Assembly (NCBI RefSeq): GCF_001194135.2
Contig: NC_068985.1
Coordinates: forward strand, 39,869,032 to 39,933,031
Length of the DNA stretch: 64,000 bases
Source of the DNA: Octopus bimaculoides
Lineage: Eukaryota
Direction of reading: 5' to 3'
The notes beneath the pieces were generated by a model. The model saw nothing but the letters and a program-made list of their open reading frames with translations, made no database searches and was not told the origin of the DNA. A program made the translations under genes and the position numbers. Positions 11,945-23,580 of the stretch are shown here, piece after piece. Within the stretch, counting starts at the first letter, position 1, and each line of letters starts with the position of its first letter.

Positions 11945-13850
11945 TCTCTCGTGTTCTATCCTTGACCAGCCTAACTCTGCCACCCGCCTCTGTCTCACTC
12001 TCGGTTTCGATAACCACTTGCTTCACCAACACTTCCCCTTCCTCCATCACCCCACCCTATAAAAAGTAGCGCACGCACTCGGATTCTGCTACTTCATTTT
12101 AATAACTCCACCGAAAGAATACGAATCCAGAAGATGCTCTTCTCTAATGTTGCTATATCGTGGTACACCCGCCCCACTACCACCTGTACCGAAAAGTCGC
12201 TATCCTCTGTCATCCTTTGGTTGTCTCCCATGAACACTTCTAAAGGCTTAACGTCATCCCCGCTCTTACTTAGAGTTTATCTCCTATGTAAGGTAGTGAT
12301 CATATGGCGCATAAAAATTATGGTGCAGTGTATGCAGCTTGAAGGCTATTGTTTGTTTATGAATTCTGCCAGATGCGAGCTTTCTTTTCAGGTACATGAC
12401 GCTGCTATCCCTCATCCCAGGGTCTCACGAGCCCACACTTCCCACACCCTCAGGGTTGGCACACTCAACGTGGGCACACTGAAAGGTAGGTCTGGTGAGA
12501 TTGTTGAGATGCTTGAACGGAGACGTATAGATTTGTGCTGCATCGACGAAAGTGGAGAGGAGGTTCCGCTAGGTTCCTCACAGGCAAAGAACACAGGTAC
12601 AAGATTTTCTGGGCAGGGAACACTAACAGGGTCGGGGGTGTGGGTATACTTCTTGCGGAGAAATGGGTTGATAAAGTAATTGAGGTAATCAGGGTATGCG
12701 ATAGAATACTTAAGATTAGATTCGTACTACATCATGAGTTAATAACCATTATCTCGGCCTATCCCCCTCAGCCGAGGCTACCTGATGGACAGAAAGACCG
12801 ATTTTATGACACCCTCTTGCAGACTACCTCGTTGACGAATGACAGGGACCTTTGCTTTGTGGCTGGTGATTTCAATGGACATGTTGGACAACATACAGGG
12901 GGCTTTCATTGTGTACATGGAGGCTATGGTTTTGGTTCCCGCAATGAGGAGGGAATCAGGCTGCTGGAGTTCTGCGATGCAAATGATCTTATGGTTTGCA
13001 ATACTAACTTCAGGAAACCTGCAAGTCACCTACAGATCTGCTAGACACACTAATCAAATTGACTACATCCTCGCCAGAAAAAGGGAAAGACGGCTGCTTA
13101 TAAATGCAAAACATTCCCAGGCAAAGAATGTAACCCACATGTGCCGGTGGCACGTGAAAAACAACATTCGAGCATGGTCGTTGCCAGTGCTGCCGGACTG
13201 GCTCCCGTGCAGGTAGCACGTAAAAAACACCTTTTAGGAGAGTGGGTTATATATCTTTAGATATACACCTAACTTTCCTACATTAAATTGGAAGAAAACT
13301 GAACGCAGAAACTCCAAACTGATTAACAACAACAAATATTTATTGTACGGTGGAAAATAAAACAGCTTCTAATTGTCCGGTTTTAGAGTAGCCTGAAATG
13401 TAGATGTACGGTTATTCGAGCTGGTGTCGTTATAGAGACAACTTGGTTCAACCACACTCAAATGGGAGAGCTTGCTTAGACGTCTTGCTTGGTCGCTGTC
13501 AGGCTTGGTAAGAGACAGTCTAATAGCGGGAACGCTTCGATGTTGAAACCCACGCATGCGTGGTTAAGGATTCAGTAATGGTGCCTATGCTTTTTGGCGC
13601 CAATATGACGTCACTACAACCTTTTGAGTATGGTCGTTGCCAGAATCACCTGACTGGCCCTCGTGCCGGTGGCACATAAAAGCACCCACTACACTCTCGG
13701 AGTGGTTGGCGTTAGGAAGGGCATCCAGCTGTAGAAACTTTGCCAGATCAGATTGGAGCCTGGTGCAGCCTTCTGGCTCGCCAGTCCTCAGTCAAACTGT
13801 CCAACCCATGCCGCCATGGAAAGCAGACGTTAAACGACGACGATGATGAT
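11945..13850 (+). mobile_element. Internally deleted RTE LINE (5'UTR + APE endonuclease joined to 3' tail), interrupted by a solo LTR
   Basis: LRVGTLNVGTLKG, GGVGIL, ISAYPPQ, GDFNGHVG, NxIDYIL endonuclease motifs; at about 13135 the sequence jumps straight into the 3' tail, which ends in (GAT)n. Confidence 0.88.
13234..13618 (-). mobile_element. Solo LTR (Gypsy-like)
   Basis: The minus-strand start TGTAGTGACGTCA is identical to the Gypsy LTR start at 55875; ACCTT duplication at 13229-13233 and 13619-13623 splits an RTE tail. Confidence 0.7.
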
Positions 13851-14729
13851 GGTGAAGTTATTTCATGTTAAAGTTGTCGTATTAGGGTAATTTTAACCAA
13901 TCAATGACGTGTATTCAGCTGAGGAAATTACTGCTGTTGTTTGCGAACAACTTCTGGATCCACTCCCCTAACAAAACCCTTCTTTAATAACCAGAGATGT
14001 TTTTATAGCAACATAGGTTTGCTGTATCAGAGTTTATTTGACGCCGCTAAATAACAACAAAAATATTACTGAGACAGACCAACGACGGAGCGTGTATGTG
14101 ATTGCATGACCTGCTAGAAAAAATAGCCAAATTTTTTTTATATACAGAATAGAAAAACCTCTATCCTGTGATATACACGTAGAGTCGATTATGTCTGGGT
14201 AGAAAGACGGAATGGTCACAGTTGGGACGTCTTTGATCATATCTATTCAATCAGATCCAACCTGGGACTAAACAAGTGAAGAAGGGAACGAGACGAGGCA
14301 ACGAGAGGCTTTACCTGGTCGCTCGAGTTGTTAGAAAGAGCTACCAAATCTTCCTGACAAAAGAAAAATGAAATTTTCGTCTTCAAGAAAAAAAAGAAAA
14401 TGCAAGTTTATATTATTTTAAAACGTTCGGTTAGGAATGTATTACTTCTAGAAAAAGATAAGACTAACTGGTCATAGCTGGAACGCCTTTTCTCACAAAT
14501 CCATTACAATCAGAGCTATCCTGTGGTTAAAGCAATATTCTTCACTGAATGATGAAGCAGCTAAAGTTAAAGAAAAATTGAAAGAATGAAAGACAGCAAG
14601 TATCCATATTCCAAATATTGGGATTCCCTTATAAAATAATATAAACTTGCATTATTATTTTTATTTTTTTGTCAAAAACGTTGAGATAAGTATCCTAAGA
14701 TTCAAAGTGTGTAGTTAAAAAAAAATTTA

Positions 14730-15421
14730 GATCTATTTTAAAACGGGGGCGCCAGTATTTTCTTAACGAAACACTAACGAAACACTTTGAAACTTGGGAC
14801 ACTGGTAGAATGTGTCATATAAAACATCTTTTACTCTTAGTCTTCTTAACAAAAAAACGTACATCGCAAGTTATTCCATGTTAAAGTTGTCGTATTTCTG
14901 TAATTTCAACCAATCACTGACGTCTATTCAGCTGAATAGAGTTACTGCTGGGCGGTCATAAAAATGTTATTCCCTGTGACATATTTCATCCGGTTTAATC
15001 GTAATTTATACGCATATATTGTTTATATAATAAATTACGCTGTGCGTNNNNNNNNNNNNNNNNNNNNNNNNNNNNNNNNNNNNNNNNNNNNNNNNNNNNN
15101 NNNNNNNNNNNNNNNNNNNNNNNNNNNNNNNNNNNNNNNNNNNNNNNNNNNNNNNNNNNNNNNNNNNNNNNNNNNNNNNNNNNNNNNNNNNNNNNNNNNN
15201 NNNNNNNNNNNNNNNNNNNNNNNNNNNNNNNNNNNNNNNNNNNNNNNNNNNNNNNGGCGCCCCCGTTTTAAAATAGATCCCAAAATAGATAAGTATACGA
15301 AGTTTGAAAGTCTTTCCGTACCAAAAACAGTACATAAAACATAAATGAAAACTGGCGCCCCCGTTTTAAAATAGATCCAAAAATTTTAATCTGTCGGTCA
15401 GATCTCTAACCCTAACCCTAA
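14730..15421. mobile_element. Inverted-repeat element spanning a gap, with (CCCTAA)n
   Basis: The 27 bp at 14730-14756 are the exact reverse complement of 15351-15377 (partial extra copy at 15256-15279); CTAACC repeats at 15406-15421; internal segments recur at 11552-11612 and 13860-13940. Confidence 0.6.
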
Positions 15422-15737
15422 CTAGTGTGCGCAGTAAAAAAATCTGATTAGAAACAATCAAGAATTTACAAACGATATTGTCGAGGTCCTCATATCATTA
15501 ATACTTGACTGTTAAGTTACCGCTCCTTGTCCCATCCCACTTGTAAGTTACCGCCCCTTGTATCGTCCAACGTGTTTGTTTACATAAGCGAGTGCTCGGT
15601 TTCAGTTTGTTTTATTTTTTAGTATAAAATATTTAAAAGTAGATGAATCTTTCTAATTTTTAGCATACTTCATTTATTTTTGTTATATTTCCCATTTTCA
15701 TAATATATTTTTATAATTATACGTCATTTTCTTTGCC

Positions 15738-15750
15738 ATGGAAGCTGGAG
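15738..15750 (+). CDS. ENGASE: ENGASE exon 1 (MEAG + 1 nt)
   Basis: gccATGg Kozak context followed by G|GTAAGT donor at 15751. The phase-1 intron matches exon 2 (G+CT=Ala). Assigned from signals and phase only. Confidence 0.7.
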
Positions 15751-16155
15751 GTAAGTTTTTTTTATCCCCATGATCTCGCAGGTCGACATTTGCATGGCAA
15801 TTAAATTAGCTATGTTGTGTCTGGGGAGAGTTATATTGTCTTATTTGTTTCTTCCAAAATTTTCGTTGCTTTTACAACTTTATCAATAGATGTTGACTCT
15901 CCCCGTTATTGGAACTGCATTCTTTTTTGTCTGTTTGTGTGCTTGTGTATGTCTGTATTCTGCATATTCATGTGTATGTGTGTGTGTGCGTTCGAGTGTG
16001 TTTATGTGTATGGGTTTGTATTGTTATGTACGTGCGTCTGTTATATTTTCCACTCTTTCATGTTCCTGTTATGCAACTTCTCTCACGCTACTGACGTGAG
16101 TTCTGTGGGCTGTCTATTGATAGTCTGCCAGACTTGTCCGTAGGGAGGCGCACCG

Positions 16156-16635
16156 GTCAAACTAAAGCGTTTGACCCGAGCTCAAAAGCGAAAAAAAAAA
16201 ATTAGTGCAATAGATGTAAAACAACTTGCTGGAAACGAATATGGAAAAAAAAATGCGCGCTCGCGAATGGGGTGGGTGGGGAGAGAGTTCGGAACATTCA
16301 CATTTTGAATGTTCCGAGACGCCTCACCGGAGCCAAGAAACAAAAGAAAAATAGTGTAATAGATGTAAAACAGCTTGCTCTGAACGAATATGAAAAAAAA
16401 AAAAAAAAACGCGCGCTTGCGAAGGGGAGTGGGGAGAGGACTCGGAACATTCACATCGTCAGTTCATGGCCTCTAAACTATAGTGTTTGACTCGAGCTCA
16501 AAAACGAAATAAAATTAGTGTAATAGGTGTAAAACAACTTGCTGGGAATGAATATGAAGAAAAAATGCGCACTCGCGAACGGGGGTGGGGGTGGGGAGAG
16601 GGCTCGGAACATTCAGGATGTGAATGTTCTGAGCC
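16156..16635. repeat. Three tandem ~155-bp units with internal hairpin
   Basis: Unit motif ...gatgtaaaacaacttgctgg..cgaatatg..aaaatgcgcgctcgcgaa.ggg...cggaacattca...tgaatgttccg is repeated 3 times; a related motif lies at 10480-10530. Confidence 0.8.
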
Positions 16636-16659
16636 TTGGAGTGTGAGTCAAAGTGAATT

Positions 16660-16930
16660 TTTTTAGTAGCTGATTGCACAACCATGGACACTGCCCTTAT
16701 GGATGCGTTGCAATTACTCTCTTGATAGAGCTTGGTGATCCTGACCATTGATCTTCTAGGATTTCTCTGCTCAACATTAATCTAAGAAGAACCGTTGACT
16801 CAGTTAAGTTCTTCCACTATCTCTTCACAATCCACCATTCTGCAGTCCCATGACAGCTGTTTCCCTGGCAGGGTTGCTGAACAGGTGCTATGCCTTGCCA
16901 AAGGGCAACTCATAATTATGCAGGGCACAG
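16660..16930 (-). mobile_element. LINE-like 3' fragment (RTE-type)
   Basis: GC-richer island resembling an RTE/BovB-type 3' end; recognised by pattern only. Confidence 0.4.
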
Positions 16931-17620
16931 TCGTCACATTCTGAGGTATTTTCAAAATACCCACATACCCACCCTTACATTTAAAATTATACTTAAAGCT
17001 GGAGTGTAGGCAGGGAAGGAAAGTGGGCACTAAACATATGTACCATCAGACATCATTATTACTTGTAACTTATATTTGTACATGTATACACACACACGCA
17101 CACTCTCTACACATGGATATCTTTTATCTTCTACTTTTTACTTGTTTCAGTCACTAGACTGCAGCCATGCTGGGGCACCTCCTTGAAGCATTTTTAGCTG
17201 AATGAATCGACCGTCCCTTCCCTCTGCCACAATCTATCCACGCATTAGTAAATACATACATATAGTAATGAAGTCTCGGTATTTGAAACTGAAGTTCTCC
17301 CCACAACATACAAACTTATCCAAACTCACCAACTTCGTTGCATAATACTTTTAGACCACCACCTTGGACGTTGCTATTTAAATATCAGTGTGTAAATAAT
17401 GTTTTAACAATTTCAATAAGTGTTGGAGACAACTCTGGACATGTTTCAGTATTATTAGGCTATGCTACTTCCCCATGTGAACTAGAGAATACTACTGTAT
17501 ATACCTAGGAATATTTTTTAGGTTGAGGCATTAAAAGACTAAGATTGAAATGTGTTCAGAGTTTTCTCCCATATTTAACTAAAATAATACTTGTTATCTT
17601 TTAATATTGTTTTTTCTCCA

Positions 17621-17834
17621 AGGCGGCGAACTGGCAGAAAAATTAGCACGCCGGGCGAAATGCTTAGCAGTATTTCGTCTGTCTTTACGTTCTCAGTTCA
17701 AATTCCGCCAAGGTCAATTTTGCCTTTAATCCTTTCGAAGTCAATAAATTAAGTACCAGTGCGTATTGGGTCGATCTAATCGACTGGCCCTCTTGCCCAA
17801 AATTTCTGGCTTTGTGCCTAGAGTAGAAAAGAAT
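17621..17834 (+). mobile_element. tRNA-derived SINE (full-length-like)
   Basis: ggcggcgaactggcaga...agttcaaattcc (B-box-like)...ctttgcctt..tcctttcg...aagtaccagt...gtgcctagagtagaaaaga; many copies in this window. Confidence 0.8.
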
Positions 17835-18539
17835 GTTGTTTTTTTTCTCACTACACATTTATTTCTAATTAGAGCGTTAATGATTACTAAATTATGTTAA
17901 CACTGTCTCAGCTGTGTAATAAACTTAACATGCTTAATGTCATAAGCCAAAAAAGTTTGATTGAAAATTACATTTGTAATAAGGAGAAATAAAGATTAGC
18001 TTAATGATCAGTACTAACCAAGAAAGGCAATGAAACATTCTAATTAAAATATATTTTTTTTAAATATGTGTGTGTGTGTGTGTGTATGCACATGTGTATG
18101 TGTGAAGTCATCATTGTCTGATAGATTAACTTCACTGAAGAGGTTTAATAATACTGAAATATGAATTTCCATACTATCAAGATTCACTACTCGTGGCATT
18201 CCCTAAGCCTATTTCTAGTTTACTAAAACTCCAGGGTTGTCTCGTTTAACTTTCTTTTAATGGCTCATTAATGCTAAGAATTCTTTCTTCTTGCATTAAC
18301 ATTTATTAACTCACTACATCAAATATGCTAACATCAGCCTTATCATTTATAAATTCATGCACAGTGTGTCCTTAGGTATTTTCTCCTTATACCATATATG
18401 GTTGACATAAATCTACACACAATATCTTACATATATTAATGAATATATGTATATACTAACAGCACACATACACACACACACACACACACTGCTTTATCAA
18501 GCAATGCACTTCTACTTCATTCTTGTATTTTCCTAACAG

Positions 18540-18720
18540 CTTATGAAAATGCACTTCCTATCTGTTCACCACTTACAACCCTACAGCAGTTACTAGAATG
18601 GACTCAAGGTTCTGACAGTGTATGTGTGTCCAAGCAGCCCCTGTTGCCTCGTATTTGCTATCCTAGCCGACCTCTCACCTTGGTCTGCCATGACATGATG
18701 TCAGGTTATTTAGAAGACAA
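18540..18720 (+). CDS. ENGASE: ENGASE exon 2
   Basis: ctaacAG acceptor; YENALPICSPLTTLQQLLEW...RPLTLVCHDMMSGYLED(K), the GH85 N-terminal CHDMxxGY motif; GTATGT donor. Confidence 0.93.
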
Positions 18721-19079
18721 GTATGTATGCATTTATTTATTTTTGTTTCTCTCTCACTTTGTTCATTGAATTTATAGCTCAGAGGTCAATAATTCATTTC
18801 TTTTTCTGATGCTTTTTAGAAGTTAGTCTGAGGAGGAGAGGCAGTGACCATGACCTTTGCAAGCTTCTTTGCTTCCCAGTTTGACCAATGCAGTTAATAT
18901 CCACTTTGAACATTGCTAAGTGTAAAACATTTGGAAAAGATATGGATGAGAGGATAATTCTGGACAGTTGATACTTCTGAAGAGAAAGGATTCAGCAAAA
19001 TGTTTGATGTGGGATCTGTGAGATGAAACACAGAAAGAGTGAGAGGGTTTTCAGCTAGTTGAGGGGAACAAATATTTAT

Positions 19080-19255
19080 TGTAGTGTAACCCAACGTGAC
19101 CCCTGATTGAGCAAACCAACCTATGATCAAAGGTGTTCCACTCTTTTGATATATTTATGACTACATTGTCTAATGTATCCTTCCATTTTTAAAATGAATG
19201 CATATTAGTTAAGGGAGGTTTGGCTGCTGTTTCTATTAGGTCAAGACTATATACT
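19080..19255 (-). mobile_element. SINE-like repeat (second family)
   Basis: The shared core (ctatgatcaaag...gcagccaaa...) recurs at 14140-14275, 23960-24170, 27090-27270, 54820-54990 and 59970-60240. Confidence 0.55.
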
Positions 19256-19759
19256 AGGTCCTTCATTAGATCATGAGAAAAAGAAGTTGTAGTAGCAGCA
19301 GCTAAGGACAAGGGATGAGATAGGGTATTTGAGGGTCAGATGTTTATACGGTGTTGATGAGGAACACTCTACCGAACAATAGGCAATAAATGTTCATGAG
19401 TACTCTGTCAACCTAGGTAATGGAAGCTCTCAACTACTTCTAGTTTTTCCCCTTGGCATTTGGTGGAGTCTATTTTCTGTATATTTCAGTGTTAATTGTA
19501 CCTGTGCAGTCAACCTCCGTGAAATTTGAATGTTAAGGATGTTAAGACAGACAATAAGGGTGTTAAGACAGACAAAATGCCACTAAATATTTTGTCTGCC
19601 ACACTAACAATTCTGTCAGTATACTGCCTTAATAATAATAGATTAGAATTTGTGTCAAATGGAGAAAAAGAGGAGCTTAGCATACAAGTTGTACTCACCA
19701 TCATAACCACCTCCACTGTCACTACTACACTGTGCTACCCTTTCATTTACTATACCTAG

Positions 19760-19908
19760 GTATCTTCAGAATGTTGTTAAAGAAGATGGTTATCGTTTCT
19801 TCAGTTGGCAGTATTTGGACTTGTTTGTGTACTTTAGTCACCACTTCATCACCATTCCACCAGTAGGCTGGGTGTCTTCAGCTCATTGTAACCGTGTTCC
19901 CATTCTAG
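19760..19908 (+). CDS. ENGASE: ENGASE exon 3
   Basis: YLQNVVKEDGYRFFSWQYLDLFVYFSHHFITIPPVGWVSSAHCNRVPIL(G), the GH85 FVYFSH..TIPP.GW motif; AG/GTAAGT. Confidence 0.95.
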
Positions 19909-20399
19909 GTAAGTCCAATCAACTGAATGCTAGTATCTATGTATCTTTCCTGTCATCTGATAAACTGAGAGTTAAACAGCAACTAAATATGTAGTTTGTG
20001 AAGCTAGACATCTTACTTAGTGCCTTTCTATTCTTGTAGAAAAAAATCAAAGCAAGTAAATCTGTTCTTACTCTTTGAAGGTATACAAGACAGATAACTG
20101 AATTATTAAAGTATTTGTTTATTTTCTCCGAGATCATGAGGTCAATTCCACTATGTGTACTCACTGAGTTTCTCACCAGAGCATTTTATTCTTTGTTATA
20201 ATTGTTAACATAGATCAGTAGGGCAGAGAAATCAGAAGCAGGTGTGGTTGTGCCTCCATCCAAATTTGAAACCACCGCCTCATAAATTCTGTATAAGCCC
20301 ATATGTAAAGCAAGACATTTCAGTCTTAAAACCAAAGCATTAAGTTGCATAATTATGAATTTGTAAAATTAAAAACACTTATATCTGTCCCCTCTATAC

Positions 20400-20835
20400 C
20401 TTAGATCTCTCAACTGACACAAAGCCACACCACCTCAGTACCACTCCCCACCTCCCAGTTGAGGGCTTTCTTTTGGTGACCTTGTTAGTACTGTTACCAC
20501 ATAAAAAGCACTGGGGATGTGTGTCACAAAAAGCATTAGTGATGGTGCCACATAAAAAAAAAACACCAGTGATGGTACCAACTAAAGAGCACTGGTATTG
20601 GTGCCATGTAAAAAGCAATGGTAATGGTGCCAGGTAAAAAGCACTGATGATGGTGCTACATGGAAAGCAGCCAGTACTTTCTGTAAAGTGGTTGGCATTA
20701 GGATGGGCATCCAGCTGTAGAAACCATGCCAAAATAGACAATGGAACCTGGTGTGACTCCTGGTCTTGCCAGCTCCTGTCAAACCACCCAACCCCAGCCA
20801 GCATGGAAAACGAATGTTAAATGATGATGATGAAA
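20400..20835 (+). mobile_element. RTE 3' tail with ~21-bp tandem expansion
   Basis: Repeats of tggtgccac(a/g)taaaaagcac followed by the canonical tail and (ATG)n. Confidence 0.8.
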
Positions 20836-20937
20836 GATTTATCTTTTAGTACAGATGTATCCCTGCAGGTTCTTATGCTTATGCTGTTTGCTCTTGATAC
20901 TAAAAACGTTCCCTACCACTATTTTGGTGTTGTGAAT

Positions 20938-21095
20938 AGGTATCACTACACTATCAAAGTATGTTATCTCATAGTACACTATCAAAATATGTTATCACTA
21001 CACTATCAAAGTATGTTATCTCATAGTACACTATCAAAATATGTTATCACTACACTATCAAAGTATGTTATCACTACACTATCAAAGCATGTTAT
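20938..21095. repeat. Minisatellite (23/28-bp units)
   Basis: Alternating tatcactacactatcaaagtatgt and tatctcatagtacactatcaaaatatgt units. Confidence 0.9.
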
Positions 21096-21235
21096 CTTGG
21101 AAAATTTCTCATCCTCTTAATATGATAAAACTTAAGCTAAGCCTTACCTTAAAATAAGAATGAGGTCTGTTTTCTTTTCTTTTTTTACATATGAAATCTT
21201 CTTCCCTCTGGACAATGGTTTACATCTTCTTTCAG

Positions 21236-21390
21236 GCACAGTGATTACTGAACACTCTGAAGGAGCTGAAATCTGTAAGCAGTTATTATATTCACAAGAA
21301 AGTTATGAAAATGCTGCACGAAAGTTAGTTGAAATAGCCAAGTTTTACAACTTTGATGGCTGGTTGCTAAACATTGAAAATGTTATCCAG
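21236..21390 (+). CDS. ENGASE: ENGASE exon 4 (catalytic N-x-E)
   Basis: GTVITEHSEG...YNFDGWLLNIENVIQ; FDGWLxNIEN carries the GH85 catalytic Asn and Glu; ttcAG / GTATGT. Confidence 0.96.
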
Positions 21391-21439
21391 GTATGTTACT
21401 CATGTCTGCTTAATTTGATTGTTTGAAGTCAGGAGTTGA

Positions 21440-21880
21440 TTGCTAACATCTATTCAGTTCAGTTCAGCTGTACTCATTTTGGCTTGTAATGACTCAGCTC
21501 TAAATATATTCAGCCTAACTAAGGTTGGTTTGTATTGGTTCAGTTCAAGTAGATCTGGATTGGCTGAGCCCAGGTTTGTATAGATTGGTTCAGATCAGAA
21601 TGGTTTTTTGGCTAAGTTGGCTTGGATTTATTAAGGCTGGCTTTGATTGATTGATTTCAATTTGGCTTTGGTTGGTTTACTCAGATTGGCTTTGAGTGGC
21701 TGGTTTTAATTGAACTCATCTCAAGTTGGCTTCTGATTGCTTACTCATGTTGGCTTTGATAGACTAAACTCAGGTCTGCTTGGATTCTGGATCAACACTA
21801 ATTGGTCTGGATTGGCTAATAATATCAGATTTGCTTGGATTAGCTCAGAATAGGTTGGCTTGGATTGGTTCAGTAAATTA
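21440..21880. repeat. Degenerate TTGG(C/A)T-type simple repeat
   Basis: Dense ttggct/ttggat/ttcag motifs. Confidence 0.6.
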
Positions 21881-22494
21881 CATGGGTTTTTACGGTGTAT
21901 ATATATATATGTATATATAAGGTTCGTTCAGTTAGAGGTTAAAATAACCGTCTAAGGGATAAAAGTATCCAAAATCCTACAGGTATATTACCTATATTTA
22001 AACATGGGCAAAACTGTTATGCTCATAAACTATAGGTAAAGCCAAGAATAAACAGGAGTTTATATGGAATCAATTTAAAGAAAACAGAAAATGGAGATAA
22101 CATTGATGAACAACAATTGGTTTGCATCAATTATTATTTATTAATAATTTACAAAAAGACTGCATCCCATCTAACAGCTGTTTCTGCTGCCAATTTTCTT
22201 TGGAATCACCATTATGATGCTACTTTCCTTCTTCTTTTCTTGTCTCTTCTTTTTATTTCTTTATTTTCCACTCTGATGAAGCTCCATGATTCAAATCGGT
22301 TTTATTACCAACTAGATAAATATTCTCTTAGCATCCTAATGGTAATTTCAAAGAACATTGGCAGCAGAAACAGTTCTTAGATGCGATGCAGTCTTTTTGT
22401 AAATTATTATTTAATAATAATTGATGCAAACCAATTGTTGTTCATCAATGTTATCTCCATTTTCTGTTTTCTTTATATATATATGTGTGCATGT

Positions 22495-23210
22495 GTGTTG
22501 GTAACAAAGGTTCTCTCCCTCAGAGTGAAAAGTTGACTGTATGATGCCTGTGTGTGAACAGCCATGCTCCATGGCAGTGACCACAGAGGATATGTGTAGG
22601 CTTAAAAGAAATGAAGCTGGTATGCTTTGCTGGATGTGCATTGTCAGTGTGCATGTACGAGAGAGTGTAAATGTCTTGAAAGAAAAACTGGGCATGAGAG
22701 GCATCAGATGTGGTGTGCAAGAGAGATGGATGCACTGATGTGATCATGTGATGCATATGGACAAGGACAGCTGTGTAAAGAAGTGCTGAGCTCTAACTGT
22801 GGAGGGTACCTATGGAAGAGGTAGACTTAGGAAGACATGGGATGAGGTGGCGAAGCACAATCTTTGAATGTTAGGCCTAACAGGGGTGATGAGAAGTGAC
22901 AGATGTTTGGCGATATGCTGTCCTTGAGAAGACTCATCAGGCAAATGAAATCATAGTCATGGCTTTTGCCAGTGTCATGTAAATGGCACCAATAGAATCA
23001 TAGTCATGGCCATTGCTGATGTCATATAAATGGCACTTGTGCTGGTGGCATGTAAAAAGCACCCATTACACTCTCGGAGTGGTTGGCGTTTGGAAGGGCA
23101 TCCAGCCAATAGAATCCATACCAAATCAGATTGGAACCTGGTGCAGCCCTCCAGCTTACCAGTTCCAGTCAAACTATTTAACCCATGCCAGCATGGAAAG
23201 TGGATGATCA
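22495..23210 (+). mobile_element. RTE LINE 3' fragment with tail
   Basis: GSLPQSEKLTV-like start, EAGMLCWMC, EKLGMRGIRCGVQERWMH followed by the canonical tail. Confidence 0.85.
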
Positions 23211-23399
23211 ATGATGGCTTAGCTGTACTCTACAAAAGTATAGAGAAGTAACCGATCGGATTAATGTAAAATTGCTTTTATTATAACTGAACATTAAAAC
23301 AAACATTAAGATTATACATGTGTGTGTGTATTTATGAATAAAGCTAAAATCCGTTTTGTGCCTACATGTTCATTAAGCTGCAGCTTATCTCAGTTTCTG

Positions 23400-23580
23400 A
23401 AACATGCGACTGATAACACAAGACCATGCTTGCAATGTTTGTATTCATTTTTAGCTGAGGGGACAGGAATAACATGAAACGAAGTGCCTTGTTCAAGGAT
23501 AAAATGCACCATCTGGTTCAAGAATTGAAACCATGAGTTATGATCTTGAGCCTAACACCCTGACCACTAGGCCATGTTCC
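23400..23580 (-). mobile_element. tRNA-derived SINE (degraded)
   Basis: Reverse complement reads catggcctagtggtcagggtgttaggctcaagatcata...ggtttcaattc (tRNA-like head). Confidence 0.55.

Noticed and set aside
15406-15421. (CCCTAA)n and (TTAGGG)n at 25898 as telomere or fusion scars
   Set aside because: Only 2.5-3.5 units each, and such tracts occur commonly inside repeats.
20938-21095. Short regularly repeated units as a CRISPR array
   Set aside because: No unique spacers; a eukaryotic minisatellite.
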